A stretch of DNA of 61,845 nt, filler included, from Rhabdomonas costata (taxonomy: Eukaryota), in assembly GCA_019059605.1 (NCBI GenBank). It is 22 parts of 22 records of this genome, joined end to end, with 100 filler letters (N's around TTAATTAATTAA, not from the genome) between each part and the next. Parts side by side here need not be neighbours in the genome. Positions count along the whole stretch, not along the records: positions 11,281 to 13,995 come from JAHMHO010002261.1; positions 14,096 to 16,812 come from JAHMHO010002262.1; positions 16,913 to 19,629 come from JAHMHO010002263.1; positions 19,730 to 22,443 come from JAHMHO010002264.1; positions 22,544 to 25,269 come from JAHMHO010002265.1; 17 more parts are not named here. One strand, given 5' to 3'. Each line of letters starts with the position of its first letter. The stretch's first letter is position 1. This document shows positions 11,483 through 22,849 of the stretch, piece by piece. The notes below the pieces were generated by a model that saw nothing but the letters and a program-made list of their open reading frames with translations, was not told where the DNA came from and did no database searches. A program made the position numbers and the translations under genes.

Positions 11483-13872
11483 GCCCCTGGGGCGGGGCGC
11501 AGCGAGGAGTACCTGGAGGCCGCGGACCGGCTGTCCGAGGAGTACGTCCGCCTCAGCAGCTACCTCGCAGTGAACCGCCTTGCCACGCGCAAGATCACTA
11601 AGAAGCACGACAAGCACGCCCTGCTGGCCTTCCACGAGCTCTTTCCAGGATTCGCGGCGAAGCTGAGTGCCCTGCTGCCCACCTCCTTCTTCGATACCCA
11701 CGTGCTGGCCCTGAGCGACTTCTACGCTGAGATCCGCGGGGAGAACGTCATCCGGGTATTGCTCGGGTGGAATGAGGGGTTCCTCTGGGAAGTGTGGGCT
11801 TCTCAGCATTCTTCACTGAGGGTAGCTTACAAGGCCGAAGAGCCATGTAATCAGCACAGGTGCAGTATCAGTCGTTTTCGTAAGGGCAATAAACGAGGCG
11901 CCTTCTGCGGACACGGGGAGGGGGATCGAGATGTCAGTGCCTCGAAACGGCCCACCAACTCATCAAGTACCTCACCCCACTTAATACGAGGTCTGAGGTC
12001 AATGTTAGGTCTCCTGATGACCACGGGGCATGAATGGAATTGGGTGACGGTTCAGGACGTTTCAAGCTCTGATTTCCGTTGCATCCCACACGACATTTAA
12101 TGTAGATATCTCCGTTCTAGGGTGTGTGAACTTGCTTTTTTTGCACATGGTGTTCATGATTTTCGTGGCGAGGTGTGTGTGAAGGAGACCAACCCGTTGT
12201 ATGCGTGCGCGCATCGTTGTTTGCATGCCTGTGCATCTTTTTTCACGCATTGTATATTGTTATCATGATGTGATGAGAGAGAGAGGGGGGGGGTGCAGTC
12301 CGTGGACCTGGGCACCACGTTTGACCGCCAAAGCATCAAGTACTGGGTGCACCCCCAAGACGCAATGACGGTGATCATGATCATCATCCGCCACCTCCCT
12401 GTGTACACTTTCAAGCCCGAGGACGCCGGCGCGAGGTGTACTGCACGAGCCTGCGTGCCATGAGGGTGGGAGGGAAGACAAAAGATGCTGCACCTTGCCC
12501 ACGACCGGTTTTCAGAGAGATTGATTGTTGATTTTGATTCTGATTCTGATTCTGCTTCTGTACTGACTGCTGGTGGGTAAGGGAGCCACGCTCCCCGAAA
12601 ACTGCGAAATAAGTTGCTGAAGTCAGTATAGCAGTAGCATGGAAATCAACGGAAACAAGCAAAAAGGGATAGTTTGAAGCTTGTCTTGCTTTGTAACCCC
12701 GCAAAAGAATACTACCAAATACTTGCATAAGAAATTAATTCGATAATCGGGGTTGGTGAATTGGTGGCACACGTCCCAAAGAAGAATAACGATTTTTTGA
12801 AACCGATCAGGGATTGCGGCAACCGGCGCGCAGCCTTCGGTTTGCAAGGTCAAGCAGGTATTTTATTCCGGACGTAATTCCTGCGGAAAACGTGGTGCGA
12901 AAATACCACGTCTTTCTCGTGCAGGTTTACCAGCGCACCGGATCCAGGAAAGAAGGCACTGGGGTGTCTGAATACGCTCCCGTCCGTTGCTCGCCGCCAC
13001 TGCACGGCAAAGTCCCAGTCTCCTATTGCGGTGGGCTGGTCAACTAAAATGGGCGTTCTGGCAGCCGGCACTCAACCACCCAGGTTGTTGCTTTTGGATC
13101 GAAATTCAGTTTTGCCGATTACTCGGTGAGAACCCAAATAAAAATATCGTCAAGAGCTGAACTTCAGCCGGCGTTTTGTAGAGTCGCTGGAGAAGCCTCG
13201 GGACCTGAGAAGTAATACTGTCCGACAATCGAGCACACAAGCCTTCACACAGGCCAGAAGAGAACATATCCCTTGGTAGTGTTCTCAAAAACGGGATTTC
13301 ACCGTACTGAAAGCATGAAGGGTGAAGGTAGAAATCTCGCAGAAAAGCGATATTTGAAAAAGCCGGTGGTGGAAGGGATGAGGAAAAGGGATGGTCGAAA
13401 AGGATGAAGGAGATTTTCCACGTGTGCACAACATGTGCCAAAACCCTCTGTGATCACCTGTATTTATACACAAATACTTGACCCATTGAATTCCCCTTTC
13501 GACCCGTTCTTGACCCATTTGCCCCTCAATGTTCCGGGCACCTAACCTGCCTCTTCTAGCATCAACATTGCCTAAATATGTGTGGGGGTGCGGCCATCCA
13601 TTATTGCATCCGGCCCGCAGACTTGATTGGAAAACCCTTTTAAGCGAATACAGCCTCGATAAAAGGTCAAAAATAAGAAAATAAATCAAGTAAATATGAA
13701 AATTGATCACAAGATTTTTTCAAACGTTGCAGGTCGTATGCTCGCGCTGCATTCCTACTCGCAGCTACCACCGCAAGTGCATCTCAAACATTAAGTCTGT
13801 GTACTACGACAATGAGGAGCTGTACATGTACCACACTCGAATCCGAAGGCTTGAGGGCGCCTCCCTCGTGCG
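11483..13872 (+). CDS. VTC4: SPX + VTC domain protein, VTC4-like polyphosphate polymerase (partial, 3 exons)
   Basis: Exon 11483-11755 carries the SPX motif SYLAVNRLATRKITKKHDKH. Exon 12299-12435 reads FDRQSIKYWVHPQD..IIIRHLPVYTF. Exon 13765-13872 reads IKSVYYDNEELYMYHTRIRRLEGASLVR. Confidence 0.88.
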
Positions 13873-14495
13873 GTGTGTCGTCCTGCTTTGCTGACCGACA
13901 TCTCCATCCATTTGCTGACCGACATCTACCCCGTTGGGTTTCCTGATCTGCGACCAAAAAGCCCGGTGAATGCAAACTGTTTGCACTGCTGAGATNNNNN
14001 NNNNNNNNNNNNNNNNNNNNNNNNNNNNNNNNNNNNNNNTTAATTAATTAANNNNNNNNNNNNNNNNNNNNNNNNNNNNNNNNNNNNNNNNNNNNTGTGT
14101 TTGTTCTTTTCCTTATCTTTTCCTGAGGGTTTTCGGTGACGTGCAGGTTTTGGATGGAGGGCCTGACCTGGGAAACATCCCCTGTGACCGTGGGCGTCGA
14201 TTTGTACAGTGTATGGGTGCTTCAGTGGATCAGCGAGGTATGCTGTCAATTTGAATCCTAACGGTTCGGGCCTGCCTGCATCGGCTGGTTCGAAAATGCA
14301 TCTTTCTCGTGTTTGCTTTTTCTTTTGTGTTGTCAACCCCTGCTTTGGACAATGGATGAACTTTGGTTTTGTGAGGGTTCGCCCTTGGCAAGTGAATTGA
14401 GCATAGTATGACCTTGACCTTGACTATTTCAGCACCTGCTTACAGCCGATTACAAGGTTTGTCCCCTTGCCTTCACTCATAAATTCTGATTTCAG

Positions 14496-16408
14496 GTGTA
14501 CCGCAGCCCCTTATGTAAGCTGCAGGTCAATCCCGCCTTCTTTGTGGAGCAACCCACAGCCTCCACACCACCCACTGCAGCAACGTTTGCCAATATCTCC
14601 GACGGTACCGCCATCCACATTGTGGGTTACGCTCCGCCCCAGTTTGTTGAGAATACCTCTGCGGCGATGCTTCAGAACATCAACTTTGCGGAGCTCGAGC
14701 GCAGCCCCATGCTGTGCACTCAGTGTGCGCTTTTTTCTTGCTCTTTGCTATCTTTTTCCTTTTTCCTTCTCGGAATGATGACGTTCTCGTCCTCGCCGCT
14801 TTGTGTTGCCCTTTGGTGTCCTGATCTTCCTCAGGAATGGGCGCTGCGTACCTTCCAGCCGCATCTTCCCGCTGCACAGTGTACAATCGCGGGGAGCCAC
14901 GCTGTGGCTTCCCGCCCATCTCCGTCCTGCAAGCGCGGGGGCATCTTGTGAAAGTTCCAAATCCTCCGCTTCCGCAAGTGAGCCCAGCGTTTCCGTAGCA
15001 GATACCCCTTGCGAGTCCACTTGGGTGATGTGGAGCCGCATCGGTCGCCGTTGTTACTGCAAAGGTGTCCCTGAGAACAGCAACTTTGCGAATACCAGTG
15101 AGGCTTGCCCAGGGCCTGAGACGCGCTTCCCAGCCTTCCGGGAGGAGTCCCGGTTTGTCAGTCCTACGGTGATGCGGCGGCTTCTGAGGGACGAAAAGTT
15201 TTTCGAGGAGGCTGCAGGAAAGTCTCACTTTGACAAGAAGTATTACCACAGAAACCTCACCAAGACGGAGCTCAGGGCTGAGCTGCGAGAGGTCTTTCGG
15301 GAGTTCTCTGCACTGATGGACCACTACGAGGTGCCGTACTTTCTGGACGGAGGCTCGCTGATCGGGTGGTTCTGGAACAAGGTGTGCGCAGCGGCGAATT
15401 CGGCATTCAAGGGGCAACGCTCGGGAGTGGGTGGAATTGGTGGTTGAGATATTTTCTCGGTTTTCTTGGCGTTTCTCTCGCCGTGAAGGTTAGAGTTGCT
15501 AAAGTCGGAAAGGCCATCATTTGTTTAAAGATAATAGGTAGGGCATCTCGTTTGGGCACCTTTTGGCGCTCCTAACGAAATAGGATCCCCCCCTACCCAG
15601 CTGACGAACTGTTCAAACCATTTGTCTGTGTGGTGTACATTTGCATCTTGTGCTTTCAAAGCCTTTTCATTCAGACTACTTTTTCTGTGGACATTTCAAA
15701 ATCAGAGAGATGCAGGTGAAGTCAATGTTTTTTGTTTCTGGGGACATCGGGTTGTTCTGGAACAAGGTGTGCGCAGCGGCGAATTCGGCATTCAAGGGGC
15801 AACGCTATGGGGTGGGTGGAATTGGTTGTTGAGATATTTTTCCTCGAGGTTCTTGGCGTTTTTCTGTTTTTGAGGTTCGTTGGCTCTTCGAACGTGCATC
15901 CCCCTCCCCTCTACCCAACTGACGAACGGTCAAACCATTTGTCACTGTAGTTGTTTCTAGTGCTTTCAAATCTTTTTAATTCAGACGACTTTTTGTGGGG
16001 ATATTTCATATTTCTTGATATGCAGGTGAATTTATACTATGCTTAAATTGTAGTGGTATGCCCTTTTGCCTGTTTTTCCTCTACTGTAGTTTGCCTCCCA
16101 CGTTTGTCATGAAACAGCCCATAGTTTTTGCGGGCCTTTGATGTCTCGTTCCTTATGATGTGTTTTCGTTTACGAACTTTCCACAGCACCACGCTTACAG
16201 ACTCGCAAAAGGCGCCGTTTCGATCTTTTCAAGTGGAAAGACAATGTATCGGGTCAGGGATGATGTGCCACTTTCCTTTTAGGCTCCGTTGCCCTGGGAC
16301 GATGACATTGATGTGGGGATACAGTGGCAGTACCTGTTTGTGCTGCAGTGGATCAGCAAAGTTTACCACAGCCCTCTGTACGACTTGGTGGTGAACCCGC
16401 ACTTTGTG
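14496..16408 (+). CDS. LicD/fukutin-family nucleotidyltransferase-domain protein (partial)
   Basis: Exons 14496-14723, 14836-15381 (..MDHYEVPYFLDGGSLIGWFWNK) and 16283-16408 (APLPWDDDIDVGI..) give the LicD GSLIG/PWDDDID signature. Confidence 0.88.
15361..16030 (+). repeat. Diverged tandem duplication of exon end + intron start
   Basis: 15361-15745 vs 15746-16030: both begin atcgggt(g/t)gttctggaacaag|gtgtgcgcagcggcgaattc and match through to atgcaggtgaa. Copy 2 lacks ~100 nt. Confidence 0.9.
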
Positions 16409-17699
16409 GTGGGGCAGTCCGTCCGCGGTACCGATTCTTCTTAACGTTTCGTTTACCGTAATTCCTTCCTTCCGTTCCTTTCAGACCATGCCGGTGGACC
16501 AACTATTAGCGTCCTTGGGTTTCTGACCTGTGAGGCGGAGCTGTTGACGGTTCTCGCTGGTTTCACTTCGAGCTTTTTAGTTCAAAACAGGACCGCCTAG
16601 TCCTGTCTCTGACTTCCCCATCTCATCCATCTCATGAGAGCAGTTTTTGTTCATGTTGCACTGTGGTATGCTGTTTTTCGGGCGTTTCATCAAGAAAAGG
16701 CCTGATGTAGGGGGGAAAAAATAGCGCAGATGCAGCACAATAATAAAAGAGCGGCACGTCGGACTGAGAAGGGGGTGGGACTCTAAGACAGAGTTTGACC
16801 AACACAGTGGAANNNNNNNNNNNNNNNNNNNNNNNNNNNNNNNNNNNNNNNNNNNNTTAATTAATTAANNNNNNNNNNNNNNNNNNNNNNNNNNNNNNNN
16901 NNNNNNNNNNNNGTTTGTGTTGCACTATAAAAGACAGAAAATGGAACTCTGAGTTGTGTAGCTATATTCAGATGTTTTTTATTGGTCTTTGTGTCTCACG
17001 TTTTACACAACATGTTGCAGATTAGCATAAAAAAGTTTAATTAAAAGTTCTGAGACAATGCACCGTATACCAGATTAAATCTGTGTGTAGATAAAAAACG
17101 TAGTGGTTACAATTATAAGTCATATTAAAAACGCATCACTTTGGCAATAATATGCACTTCAGTTTTTTTAGCAAAAGCGCAAAAATGGAGCAAAATAAGC
17201 GTTGCATAAGGTTAAATATCAACGCGTGTAAACCAAACGAATTACTAAAAACATGCAGTTCTGTTGATTTGTCAGTGATAAACATGCTCCATGTCAACAC
17301 TGGTTATTCGTTTGTTACTGACAAATGGATTCCGCGATTTTAACGCGCAGCATTTGTTGACATGTTTCATGTTGTAGGTTATGTGGGTTTATAGTTTAGT
17401 TCCATGTTTTCACATTTTATCCATATAATATAGCGCGTAAATCCAACTCCAAACACTACAGAAAGCGACAGAGGAACACCGGATGCCCACCACATCTTGC
17501 AGGCCGACACCGGAACTCCAGAGCCAAAACACCCACCACAAATGGAACCCTCACAACACACTACGCACACCATCTACACCACACCCACCGATACCATACT
17601 CTTGACTACAAGTGCTGATTATTGACCCCAAACAACAAAATACAAAACACGCATCTGTGTGCAACAGTACGTACAAATTAGTACTGGATCATGAAACTG

Positions 17700-18620
17700 G
17701 AGTGAATTCAGTAACTCAAACGTCTGCTGCTGCACTTGTGACACTTGTGACTCCAAACGTGTCATGATAATATAAGTCAGCGGTAACGAAACGGTAACTT
17801 TATATGCTACAACGTTATGGTAGAAGCCGCAAGTTCCCAAAACACTCCAAACGTCCGAAAGGTAATTGGAACTGACCAATAACGCACGGCAATAATCTTT
17901 TGAGTCTTCTGAAAACTTTTGCAATCTTCATAGTTACTCATACTCAAAGGTAGTATAAAACCATGTAACCTCTACCGGCACAACCCTGGAAACCGAGAAT
18001 TATGGAATTATGTCTGAGTTGTCATGGGGACTGGTTCGGGGACACGGGCTCGATTCCCAGACCCGGTAGGAGCTTCCACTCCAAGGCGAGTAGCCCATCT
18101 TGGCTCCTCGAAAAAGCACTCACAGTATCTTGTAGTAAACCTGTCTCATGGCGACTAGGTGGACCTCCATAGTCTTGTTGTATACAAAGACCAATAATTC
18201 TTTACTATGTTATGAAAGATTAAATTCATGGTCTTATGGAACGTGGAGCCAAATGGCATGACATGGTAACCTCCGTACACTCCACTGGGTGCATTCAACT
18301 TTGGTGAAATCCAAAGTGCAATTCAAACGTGATAAATTCACCACTGTCTCCAACTTTATCCAGCACATCGTCGATGCGTGTCAGTGGTACCTGTCCACCA
18401 ATGTCATCTTTTGATGGGCCGGTAGTAAATCAAACCACCATTCGCAGATTCCAATTGGCCTTCGTCACAAAAAGTATCACCACCATAGTGGCAAGTGATC
18501 TCTTTTGATCTCTTTAATGTATTGGTTTTACACCAGGATTTGAGCACATTTACGCGCAATTGCTCTGAGCGATACAACACATCATCTTGGACGCAATAAA
18601 GACTTATAAGGAAAATCAAT
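17700..18620 (-). mobile_element. Decayed Ty3/gypsy LTR-retrotransposon pol (reverse transcriptase region)
   Basis: Minus-strand fragments in canonical order: ANGGLIYYRPIKR (cf. DGGLR..DYRPLN), PLTRIDDVLDKVG (cf. PLPRIDDLLD, ~18350-18390), YHVMPFGSTFHKTMNLIF (cf. VMPFGL..ATFQRLMN, ~18210-18270), SVLGTCGFYH (cf. SFLGLCGYYR, ~17820-17850). Many stops and frameshifts. Confidence 0.8.
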
Positions 18621-19465
18621 AAGATGGTTGGATGTTCGTAATTGGTGCAATGATGGCGTGAGCTTCCAAACTGAACAAACGTGCGCTGCATGATATGCTG
18701 TAACGTTAAGCGCGACACTTCTTCTGGAGTATTATTATGATGATAATAATGGCATATGCCCGTGGTGTGGAAAATAAACGGTACTCGCCATATGGGTGTC
18801 AACTGAGATTGCAAATACGCAACGTTTGGGAGTTTTAACCAGTGTTGTATGGCCGCAAATCTTGTCTACAAAGCTGCTAATCTCGGTGACAATGGAACTC
18901 AAAAGCATCATAATCCACAGGGGACATTGCGCTGTAGCATTCGTGCACAGAGTTGGGTTTATTACATCTGTCTTTGTCACAAACACCCGGCTTCTCGTGA
19001 GCTTCAGAGGCTTGCATAGAAGAGCGCAAGTTGTTGTGGTATTGTGACATCGATGTGTTGTTCCGAGACGCTCGCGGATACCTGGAGTATCTGGCTGAAA
19101 GGCAATCGCGCCCATGGTTCAATCCGGCAGTGAATGGCTTAATTTTATCGGATCAATTATATGAGTTGAACAAAGTCAGATAATCCGTTTTCGTGTCCTC
19201 AACTGGAGGACTCACTCACACACAGTGTCGTTGGCTGCAGTCACTTGAGAGACACGTTCAATGTAACCCCGCTCATACTGTTTCCATATGACCAAACTTC
19301 TCGTCATCTGAAGGTTCTTGCCAATGTTCTCGTGGTATTGGTGCAGCCGTGGCTGGAAAAAGTTGGCGTGGAGCCACTCTATCAAAACATCCAAGTAGTT
19401 TCGTCGGTATGTGATCTTATCGTATTCACTGATGTTCAAGAGGTGGATACGAGTAACCAGGAGTC

Positions 19466-19624
19466 GGTTTGAGAAAGTGATCTTTTTGACCGCACAGATG
19501 ACAAAAGACACAAATGCCATCGGCACGTTCTCCGGAATATGCTGTACGTGGAACAAGTAATCTAATTGATAGGCATTTGTGTCTTTTGTCATCTGTGCGG
19601 TCAAAAAGATCACTTTCTCAAACC
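19466..19624. repeat. Perfect 53-bp inverted repeat at contig end
   Basis: 19466-19518 is the exact reverse complement of 19572-19624, with a 53-nt loop. Confidence 0.95.
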
Positions 19625-20167
19625 CACATNNNNNNNNNNNNNNNNNNNNNNNNNNNNNNNNNNNNNNNNNNNNTTAATTAATTAANNNNNNNNNNNNNNN
19701 NNNNNNNNNNNNNNNNNNNNNNNNNNNNNTGGGTTTCGTCCTCAAATTGAAGTGGTTGATGTTTTTAGAATTTGCCGCTATGTTGTTTTTGTGGTTGTGG
19801 AGATGCCTTTTTTTTTGGTTTTGGTTTTGGATTTGTTCATGAATTCTGTGCAGCGCTGTTTTCTTCAATCTTTTGGCAGGGTTACTGGACGAGTGGGGTG
19901 GTTGTGCAGCGCGTAGTCCATTTTTATTGTTGGTGGTTGAGCCATGTCTTGACTGGTCAGAGGTCAGGCGGAAGCCTCGCGCCGTGTAGTGATTGGGAGG
20001 ACACGAACAAACAGACACGACTGTCCCCAAGTCAAAGAAGAAGACCTCTTCAGTGCTGACGGCCATTCACTTCGATATTCTAAGGTTTGGTGCAGGTTGC
20101 CGGAACCAGACGATTTCCCTTTTTCCTTCTCACGCAGCCAAACTCTGTGCCCCTTTTCCGTCAAGCA

Positions 20168-21180
20168 ATGCCCCTCTTTATTTCGAGATGTGTTGTTGTT
20201 CTTCTGCTGCTGCTGCTACTTGAGGTGACACCCTGGTTAGCCCACGGTGCGACTCCGTCCGCCTACACCGCAGTGATTCTTAACGGCTCCGTGGCGGCCG
20301 CGGTGACCTTTAGTGGGCTCCCCAATGTCACCGTTGGGGTGGCGGTGGTGTCCGGGCTTACGGACCCATCGGTACACTACATGTACCACATCCACGTCTA
20401 CCAGCTGCAGACTCCGGACTGCACCTCTGCTGGGGGGCACTTCAACCCCGAGCACGTGAACTACACCGCATCCGCTCCCGTGCCTGGGGTGTTCTCCACT
20501 TATGAAGTGGGAGATCTCAGCGGTATCAGCAGATGTGAACGAAATCCAAAAAAGAAAGTTCAGTATGAAGAAACCTTTTCACACCTAGAAAAATCCATAA
20601 CGTTTCAGCTGGAGTCAATATGTTGTGGTGTTGCCTCTTGTGTGTCTCTTTGCGCAGGATTTTTCATTCTCTCTGTTTGGGCCTCCGGTTTTACCCCCTC
20701 CCCCACGAACAGCATTGTTTCGGGGGGGGAGGGTTCGGGCATGCCAGAGGTCCCCCCCCCCGTCCACGTCCATGTCCTCCTCCCCAGTAACTCGTCTAGG
20801 AGGCTTTATTTTTAAATGGGGTTTAGACGTCTGATATCCTTAAGCGTCTAAGGTGCTTCACCAGTGGTTGACCTTTACCGCCGCCCTCGGCCCCCACTGC
20901 GCACTCTTTTGCCGCAGGAAAGTATGGCATGATCCCGGGGAGTACCGCAGGCACCTTTGGCCCGGCCTTCTTTTCCGACCCTACGCTGAGCCTAGACCCC
21001 ACCAGCCCACACTTCATCGGAGGCCGCTCCGTGGTCTTCCACGGCGTCAACGGCACCCGGATTGCCTGCGCGAACATCCTCCCAACTTCCGGGTGTGTGT
21101 CTCGGATCCCTGGGCAATTGTGGCCTCTCGTGGTGGCATGGCTGGCGGTTGGGCTGCTTCTCGGTTCTGGGAGGCTTTGA
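20168..21180 (+). CDS. Secreted, probably GPI-anchored Cu-only-type superoxide dismutase (complete, 2 exons)
   Basis: Exons 20168-20522 and 20918-21180. Signal peptide MPLFISRCVVVLLLLLLL; YHIH, CTSAGGHFNP, YEVGDLSG|KYG, GGRSVVFHGVNGTRIACANI; hydrophobic C-terminus. Confidence 0.92.
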
Positions 21181-22849
21181 TGGATGGTGGGGATGGAGCT
21201 CCTTTTGAAGTGAGAAGTGGGGTGACGAAAAGTGGGGTTGTTGGAGTTTCCAATGGGATATAATTGTTTTGCTCCGAACTGTGAAGGCACGATTTTTTTT
21301 CTTTTTCTTTTCCTTAATTTTTGAGTTGGGTCCGACCTCATCGGCCCTTTTCTTTTGAACCCCCAACCCTGCTGAGGCAATTGTCCTCCTTGCTGTCAGT
21401 GGTAAGGGCTTCTGGTTTGTGTGGAGCGGATTCAGGGGAACTCAAGCAGATTGGTGCACCAGATGGAATCAATTGTATAACTTCAGCATATGCACTGTAT
21501 TCAAAAGTTGAGAATACAGTTGAGGATATTCGTTGGTACTCCAAGGTGACCTTCATTCAGAGAAGCTTTATTTTTGAATGCGAAAACAGGATTGCATTGC
21601 CACTCGGAGTACGAAAGAAGAGCACCACATCTGCAGAGTGTCGGACACTACGCAGTAATGTAAGAATCTTGAAAACGACATAGATCGTTTGTGTGGGTTG
21701 TTCCAGCAGTTCCGTCAGTTTGTAAACTATATGACTCTTGTTCCGTGATTGATTTGAATTGGTTTGATAAGCACCGCCCCCGTTTCACGAAACGAAAATA
21801 GCACACTGATTGCGTAACCGCACCCTTGCGGCAATCGACGCACTGTGTTCCATGAAACCTTCCCTCGCAATCGATCGATATGTTTTATTTTACGTTTTCG
21901 TTTTATTTTATTGCCTTGGATGTGCCGCTCGTGAGCAAATTATCGGCCGACATTCGTCAGTGTTGCTCACCCAGATAGGCAGGAGGGAACGATTTCCAAT
22001 GGTGACTGTCCATTTCCTTTACTGATAGCAAATGCATTGAATAAACCAATGAAGTGACCGCCCAATCGCTCTCAAAATTATTTTTTTATGGGAAATGGCA
22101 TCTTAAGTTCTTCATTTTGTCCCATTTGGTTGCGACGTGTGGTGGCAATAAGTTGTTCCACTACCCAGCAGGAAATGCAGCCCTGATTTCTCAAGCTGAC
22201 CAAGGTAACCCTCTCCTCCCGAAAGATCAGAACCACCAATGCTGCTCATTGTTTTTCCCCCAGAAGTCCGTCTTTCTCTCTACCCTCACACACACAAACC
22301 CACATACTCTCTCCCTCTACTCTTCTCTTCTCATCACGTTGTGCCCGTTTGCGTTTTGCTTATTCATCCGTCTGTGGGCCCCGGCCCCCCCTGTTCTTCG
22401 CTCGCGGCTCTTCCCCCAAAACCGTCCCGACGCCTCCCAAAACNNNNNNNNNNNNNNNNNNNNNNNNNNNNNNNNNNNNNNNNNNNNTTAATTAATTAAN
22501 NNNNNNNNNNNNNNNNNNNNNNNNNNNNNNNNNNNNNNNNNNNGGTGTTGGTGGACAAGGATGCACGCATTCCCTATATCCTTTGGAAGATGCCAATTCG
22601 CTACAACGTTCTTGATAGAATGTAGCAGAAAGTGGGAAATGTAAGCGGCGAAGGGAAGCCGAAGCAACCTCACGGCAGGAGACGGTGATGCCCGATGCCC
22701 GCGATGCTCCAGCACGCACCCACCTGCAGCGTTAGCCCCAATTTCGATTTTTTCCGAAGAACAAAATCGGCCTCCCTCTGGTGAGCATTGACGGCTTGCC
22801 CGCTGAACACCCTTCTTGTAGTAATTAAGTCAGCTGCGTTTTCTTGCAG

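Noticed and set aside
15600..15625. Hammerhead ribozyme core CTGACGA
   Set aside because: No stem II followed by GAAA.
18030..18070. tRNA-like T-arm (gggctcgattccc)
   Set aside because: No cloverleaf or A-box and an imperfect B-box.
17619..19613. Alternative genetic code explaining the broken minus-strand ORFs
   Set aside because: Interruptions include frameshifts and mixed stop types, as expected of a decayed retroelement. Host genes end in standard stops.
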